Shown piece by piece: positions 27,737 through 32,520 of a stretch of DNA of 32,520 nt (position 1 is the stretch's first letter; each line of letters begins with the position of its first letter). A program made the position numbers and the translations under genes. The notes beneath the pieces were generated by a model. It worked only from the letters and a program-made list of their open reading frames with translations. It was not told the DNA's origin and searched no databases. Origin of the DNA: Microbacteriaceae bacterium (GTDB taxonomy: Bacteria; Actinomycetota; Actinomycetes; Actinomycetales; Microbacteriaceae); NCBI GenBank assembly GCA_947455385.1, contig CANGNR010000001.1:1-32520 (forward strand). Reading direction: 5' to 3'.

Positions 27737-30034
27737 TTATCTAAGCAAGCCGTGCTCGCGCAAGAACGCCGCGAAAAGCGGCGCTAGCTTGGCTGAGAAG
27801 TCTTGAGTGAAGTGGGCGCCATCCCAGTAAACCGGGGTGTTGTCGATGATCGGCGGGCACTTCGAATAGGCGCACAGCCAGTCGTTCGAATCAATAAACG
27901 GGATTTTGTATTTCTGCGAGAACTGGCTCTGCAAGGCAACGTATCCCGAGTATGTGTTGGTCGAACTCGTGCACGCCGGCAGGAGTTTTGACCCAGCCCC
28001 AACGCAGTCGGTTAGCGCACCCTGACTGGTCGGCAGCCCGAAATAGACGATGTTTGCGGCCAGCGGCCTGAGCGCGGCGAGCGCCTTGTCGAGGCCGACC
28101 GCCCAGAGGTGGTCGTGCGCCTCGGCGGCATCCTTGTTGCCATCGGCAATCGGGTGATAGACCTGATCCGAGAGCACCACTAGGTCGGGGTGAATCTGGG
28201 CGAGGTAAGTGTTGACCCAGGCGCGATGGTCGGGGCAATCCAAGTTGGCCCCATCGCCCGTCCAAGACCACGGCACCACATCTGAAATCATGCACTCTCG
28301 CTGATTCAGCCCGATGACGTGCCAATCGGTTAGCCCAAGCGCCTCGATAACCATCGGGTAGATCGCCAGAGCGTAGGAGTCGCCAAGGATTACCGCGGTG
28401 TGCTTGGCATCGGCTGGGCCATATTGGCAAGTGATTGCGTGGTACCTGGCATCCATGCACTGGCCCCACTGCACTCCTCGCTGGGTGAGCAACGAACTTA
28501 TCGGCGGGTTCAGCCCATCGGGCACCGTCGTCAGCTTCGTGGCCTGCTCTACCTTGCCTTGCCACGCATTCAATAGGGATGAGTATGTGGCCACGTTTGG
28601 CTTTGGCTTTGGCTTTGGAGTTGGTTTTACCGTCGGCTTCGCCGAGGGCTTTGGTTTGGCGCTGGGCTTGGCGCCGGCCGAAGGTGAGGCACTGGCCGAG
28701 GCGCTCGGGGATGTCGAGGCTGAGACTTGCGGACTCGGGCTCGCGCTCTCGCTCGGAGAGGTCGACGGGCTCGCCGACGGCGAACCACTCGCCGTAGGTT
28801 GCGCGGTAGGTGATGCTGCTGGGCTCGGGGCATACTTGTCGCCGCCGGCGTCGCTCGTCGGGTTAGGCCACAGCGACGTTTGCGCGGTGTTGAAAGTTCC
28901 GCCCGTGGCCGCTGCTGCCGAACCTGCAACGGCTAAGGCAACGAGAAACCCCACGCTCGCAAGGGCACGCCTGACCGAACTGCGATTAAGGTCGAGCTTC
29001 GAACCCATTGCCCTAAACGGACGCTCGACGAACCTGTAGCTGAGTGATGACAGAACAAGCGTGAACCCAAGAACCGCAATCGACCGCCAGCCCGAGGTTT
29101 CGAAGCCGGGAGCAACCAGCGGTAGCAGCACGATGAGCGGCCAGTGCCAGAGATAGAGCGAGAACGAGATCTTGCCGACGTAAACCACCGGTGCCAGCGA
29201 CAAAGCCCTCGAACCTGCGGCAATCACGGCGGCTGCGCCAAGGGTGGGTAGCAGCGCGGCCCATCCGGGAAACACGGTCTTTGCGCTAAACACGAGGTCG
29301 GCCGCGACGATGGCCACCAACCCGCCCACGCCCACGAGGTTTCGAACCCGCTGACTCCACAGCAGCGGCTTAACGCCGATAGCGAGTGCCAAAACTGCAC
29401 CGATTCCAAGCTCGAATGCCCGCGTGCCCGAAGAGAAATATGCCACGGATGGCAGCGTTGCAGACTGCCACACCGACAACGCCAAAGAGCAAGCCGACAG
29501 CCCAGCAACCATGGCGAGCATTGCCTTGCGCGATGCCGAGCTGGAGCGGCCGGAGGTCATCCTAGAAATGGCGAGCAGTAGAAGCGGAAACACGAGATAG
29601 AACTGTTCCTCGACCGCGAGCGACCAATAGTGCTGCACTGGCGAGACCGAGAACCCGTGGCCAAAATAGTCGGCCGACTGTTGAATCAGGTGCAGGTTTG
29701 CCGCAAAAATCGCCGCCCAAAACGAGTCCGTTGCGATCTGGCGAGCCTTGACCTCGTTGAGCACGGCGAACGCCACGAGGCAGGTGACGGCCAAAACCAG
29801 AATCGCCATCGGAAGAATGCGTTTTGCGCGCCGAAAATAGAACTCGCGCATGGTCATTCTCGGGTCACCATCGAGGTGGCGAACCAGAATCCCGGTGATT
29901 AGGTAGCCAGAGATGACAAAGAACACGTCGACACCGACGTAGCCACCGGCAAAGCCTGGCAGTCCAAGGTGCGATAAAACCACAAGGATGACTGCTACGG
30001 CGCGCAAGCCATCGATATCGGCGCGGTACTTCAA
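27737..30034 (-). CDS. AT3-SGNH fused O-acyltransferase (OafA/OatA/YrhL-like)
   Basis: YRADIDGLRAVAV, GYVGVDVFFVISGYLIT, RRAKRILP, HYWSLAVEEQFY and SLYLWHWP motifs; C-terminal SGNH domain with GDS and DGAH and several Cys; GGAG SD before the TTG. Confidence 0.93.
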   Translation of the reverse strand: MKYRADIDGLRAVAVILVVLSHLGLPGFAGGYVGVDVFFVISGYLITGILVRHLDGDPRMTMREFYFRRAKRILPMAILVLAVTCLVAFAVLNEVKARQIATDSFWAAIFAANLHLIQQSADYFGHGFSVSPVQHYWSLAVEEQFYLVFPLLLLAISRMTSGRSSSASRKAMLAMVAGLSACSLALSVWQSATLPSVAYFSSGTRAFELGIGAVLALAIGVKPLLWSQRVRNLVGVGGLVAIVAADLVFSAKTVFPGWAALLPTLGAAAVIAAGSRALSLAPVVYVGKISFSLYLWHWPLIVLLPLVAPGFETSGWRSIAVLGFTLVLSSLSYRFVERPFRAMGSKLDLNRSSVRRALASVGFLVALAVAGSAAAATGGTFNTAQTSLWPNPTSDAGGDKYAPSPAASPTAQPTASGSPSASPSTSPSESASPSPQVSASTSPSASASASPSAGAKPSAKPKPSAKPTVKPTPKPKPKPNVATYSSLLNAWQGKVEQATKLTTVPDGLNPPISSLLTQRGVQWGQCMDARYHAITCQYGPADAKHTAVILGDSYALAIYPMVIEALGLTDWHVIGLNQRECMISDVVPWSWTGDGANLDCPDHRAWVNTYLAQIHPDLVVLSDQVYHPIADGNKDAAEAHDHLWAVGLDKALAALRPLAANIVYFGLPTSQGALTDCVGAGSKLLPACTSSTNTYSGYVALQSQFSQKYKIPFIDSNDWLCAYSKCPPIIDNTPVYWDGAHFTQDFSAKLAPLFAAFLREHGLLR

Positions 30035-30135
30035 AGAGACTCCATCACAGGTATCTTCGAACCGACCGCACAGTCAGTTCAGTGTTTCGACTCTACTCGC
30101 CGGAGCGACCGCCGCCAGTTAGGTGCGGGCAGCGC

Positions 30136-31209
30136 CTAAACGTTGAAGCGGAACTCGACCACGTCGCCATCTTTCATGACGTAGTCCTTGCCCTCCATGC
30201 GAACCTTGCCGGCGGCCTTTGCGTCCGCCATCGTGCCGGTCGCGTCGAGATCGTCGAATGACACGATTTCGGCCTTGATGAACCCGCGCTGAAAGTCGGT
30301 ATGAATCACGCCGGCGGCCTGCGGAGCAGTCCAGCCCTTGCGAATGGTCCACGCGCGCGCCTCTTTAGGGCCGGCGGTCAGGTAGGTCTGCAGGCCGAGG
30401 GTGTCGAAGCCGATGCGGGCGAGCTGGTCGAGTCCCGACTCTTCTTGACCGAGCGATGCGAGGAGCTCGTTGGCCTCGTCGGCTGGCAGGTCGATTAGCT
30501 CAGACTCGACCTTCGCATCCAAGAAGACCGCCTCGGCAGGAGCAACCAGGTCGGCGAGCGCTTTGCGCTTGGCCGGGTCGGTGAGAATCGCCTCATCCAC
30601 GTTGAAAACAAACAGGATGGGCTTTGCGGTAAGCAGCCCCAGTTCGCGAATTGGAGTCAAGTCGATCTTGGAGAGCGAAAGTGGCTTGCCGTCATTGAGA
30701 ATCGCCAGGGCCTCGTCGATGGTGTCGAGCACAATGGGCTCTGCCTTCTTGCCCTTAACCTCTTTTTCGACGCGAGGGCGGGCCTTGTCTAGGGTTTCGA
30801 GGTCGGCCAGAATCAGCTCGGTGTTGATTGTTTCGATGTCGCTGGCTGCGTCGACCTTGCCATCCACGTGCACAACGTCGCTGTCAGAGAAGCCTCGCAC
30901 CACCTGGGCAATGGCATCGGCCTCGCGAATGTTGGCCAAGAACTTGTTGCCAAGGCCCTCACCCACGGATGCTCCGCGGACAATGCCCGCGATGTCGACA
31001 AACGAAACCGGGGCCGGCAGCAGGCGCTCGCTGCCAAAGATTTCGGCGAGACGATCGAGTCGTTTGTCTGGCAGGTTGACGACACCGATGTTTGGTTCGA
31101 TCGTCGCGAACGGATAGTTCGCCGCCAAAACGTTGTTTTTGGTCAGAGCATTAAAAAGAGTCGACTTGCCAACGTTTGGGAGTCCGACGATACCGATAGT
31201 TAGGGCCAC
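30136..31209 (-). CDS. ychF: Redox-regulated ATPase YchF
   Basis: GIVGLPNVGKSTLFNALT, ANYPFATIEPN, DIAG, GLGNKFLANIRE and TGS-domain end GKDYVMKDGDVVEFRFNV. Start is GTG 31209 (MALTIG), not 31368. Confidence 0.97.
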   Translation of the reverse strand: MALTIGIVGLPNVGKSTLFNALTKNNVLAANYPFATIEPNIGVVNLPDKRLDRLAEIFGSERLLPAPVSFVDIAGIVRGASVGEGLGNKFLANIREADAIAQVVRGFSDSDVVHVDGKVDAASDIETINTELILADLETLDKARPRVEKEVKGKKAEPIVLDTIDEALAILNDGKPLSLSKIDLTPIRELGLLTAKPILFVFNVDEAILTDPAKRKALADLVAPAEAVFLDAKVESELIDLPADEANELLASLGQEESGLDQLARIGFDTLGLQTYLTAGPKEARAWTIRKGWTAPQAAGVIHTDFQRGFIKAEIVSFDDLDATGTMADAKAAGKVRMEGKDYVMKDGDVVEFRFNV

Positions 31210-31252
31210 GAGCCTCAAGTTTACAGGTCTCGAAATTTGCGAGACTAGACGC

Positions 31253-31825
31253 ATGCCTCTCGAGTTTGTCGCCATCGACTTTGAAACCGCAAATGGGTCT
31301 CCCGCGAGCCCTTGCGCGGTCGGGCTTGTGCGCGTTAGTGGAGGCAAAATTACGGACAGCCTCCGCACCCTAATTCAGCCCCCTTTCCCGAACGACCAGT
31401 TCAGCGAGTTCAACATCCGGGTTCACGGCATTCAGCCCGCCGACGTGGTTGGTGCCCCAACCTGGGCCGAGGCGCTCGAAACGATGCTGGAATTCATTGG
31501 CGAGGATGTCTTGATTGCGCACAATGCCGAGTTCGATATGGGCGTGCTCGCAAAGTCGGCCGCTCTGATTAGGCGCGACCTGCCAGATTTGAGTTTTGCC
31601 TGCTCGCTACGAATCTCACGCAAGACCTACAACCTCGAGTCTTACCGTCTAAACGCGGTCGCCTACGCGGTTGGTCACGAGGAGTTCGACCACCACGACG
31701 CTCTCGCCGACGCCGACGCCTGCGCGCGCATAATCATTCATGCGGCCAAACGAAAAGAAGCCGACAACCTGGATGAGTTGCTCGCCGCCACAGGGCAGGT
31801 TCTAAAAAACGTCACACCTCGGTGA
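31253..31825 (+). CDS. DEDDh 3'-5' exonuclease (DnaQ/Pol III epsilon-like)
   Basis: AIDFETAN, HGI, AHNAEFD and HHDALADA motifs; start set at ATG 31253. Confidence 0.9.
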   Translation: MPLEFVAIDFETANGSPASPCAVGLVRVSGGKITDSLRTLIQPPFPNDQFSEFNIRVHGIQPADVVGAPTWAEALETMLEFIGEDVLIAHNAEFDMGVLAKSAALIRRDLPDLSFACSLRISRKTYNLESYRLNAVAYAVGHEEFDHHDALADADACARIIIHAAKRKEADNLDELLAATGQVLKNVTPR

Positions 31826-31837
31826 GATACTCGCGGG

Positions 31838-32520
31838 ATGGACTCTTTTCTCTTTCTCTTGGCCGGCCTGATCGCCGGTGGTTTGCTCGGTTGGTTTATT
31901 GCCTCGGCTCGCAAGAAGCCCGGAGCTGAATCAACCGACACCGCCATCGCGTTGGCCTCGGCAAACACCCGAGCAGAGATGCTCGAGGCACAGGTTGCTC
32001 AGCTCACGTCGGCACAGGTTGCTCGTGACGAGCGCGACCGCCAAGAAAACAAGCTGTTGCAGGAGCTGGCCCCGGTAAAAGAGAACCTGACTCGCATGCA
32101 GACCGCAGTCACAAACATGGAGCGCGAACGCCTCGAGCAGTTCACGACACTCCAAGAGGCCATAAAATCTGCGGTCGAGAGCGACCTGCAGCTTCGCAAA
32201 GAGACTCAGATGCTTTCGAGCGCGCTCAGCTCGAACACCGTTAGAGGTGTCTGGGGAGAGGCACAGTTGCGTCGAATGGTCGAGCTGGCCGGTCTAGTGA
32301 AGCACGCCGACTACACCGAGCAAACTTCAAACTCTGCCGGCCGCGCCGACATGATTATCAATCTTCCTGGCGGCAAATCCTTGGCTATCGACTCAAAGGT
32401 TCCCTTCAACTCTTTTCAAGAGGCGTCGCAGATCAGCGAGCTCGCCACTGGTGCCGAGGGCGATCGCCGAAAGGCCCTTCTGCAATCCCACGTCAAGGCG
32501 GTAAAGGCACATATCGACGC
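31838..32520 (+). CDS. rmuC: DNA recombination protein RmuC (partial, runs off the right edge; absent from the ORF track)
   Basis: ATG 31838 reads MDSFLFLLAGLIAGGLLGWF (TM), then a coiled coil, then RGVWGEAQLRR, RADMIINLPGGK and IDSKVP; frame stays open to the window end. Confidence 0.92.
   Translation, partial: MDSFLFLLAGLIAGGLLGWFIASARKKPGAESTDTAIALASANTRAEMLEAQVAQLTSAQVARDERDRQENKLLQELAPVKENLTRMQTAVTNMERERLEQFTTLQEAIKSAVESDLQLRKETQMLSSALSSNTVRGVWGEAQLRRMVELAGLVKHADYTEQTSNSAGRADMIINLPGGKSLAIDSKVPFNSFQEASQISELATGAEGDRRKALLQSHVKAVKAHID

Noticed and set aside
30035-30135. TTCGA motifs resembling a tRNA T-loop and GATGGAGT resembling a fluoride riboswitch start
   Set aside because: No cloverleaf or remaining riboswitch elements. 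The GGAG is simply the SD of the acyltransferase.
31133-31368. Head-to-head overlap of ychF and the exonuclease in the ORF track (similarly sigH/aroA at 15159-15270)
   Set aside because: Artefact of longest-ORF start choice; the conserved N-termini begin at 31209/31253 and 15081/15198.

Overview
GC-rich actinobacterial chromosomal segment. Gene content, compact spacing and protein features point to Microbacteriaceae, possibly a streamlined Rhodoluna/Aquiluna-like lineage (inference). The left ~18 kb is housekeeping: probable ung (5' end only), M20 amidohydrolase, metY-metX, GT87 glycosyltransferase, nnrD, OYE flavin oxidoreductase, two CNNM/CBS proteins, kgd, an SGNH-fold protein, rsrA-sigR(H), aroA-rsgA-hisN. 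The right end carries ychF, a DEDDh exonuclease and rmuC (partial). Between hisN and ychF (~18.3-30.1 kb) is a block rich in cell-surface genes: exported FAD oxidoreductase plus MdoC-like acyltransferase, SDR, DUF2127, an OmpA-like/GH16 fusion, DUF1905, an ABC exporter, a secreted collagen-like protein plus a 4-TM partner, and an AT3-SGNH O-acyltransferase with a long Ser/Pro/Lys linker. About 14 starts sit 6-8 nt after a -10 hexamer, suggesting pervasive leaderless translation. Two small ORFs absent from the ORF track overlap downstream genes by ATGA; one is a Pro-rich 24-aa leader ahead of the CNNM operon. No tRNA, rRNA, CRISPR or transposase was seen. All family calls come from motif recognition, not database searches.
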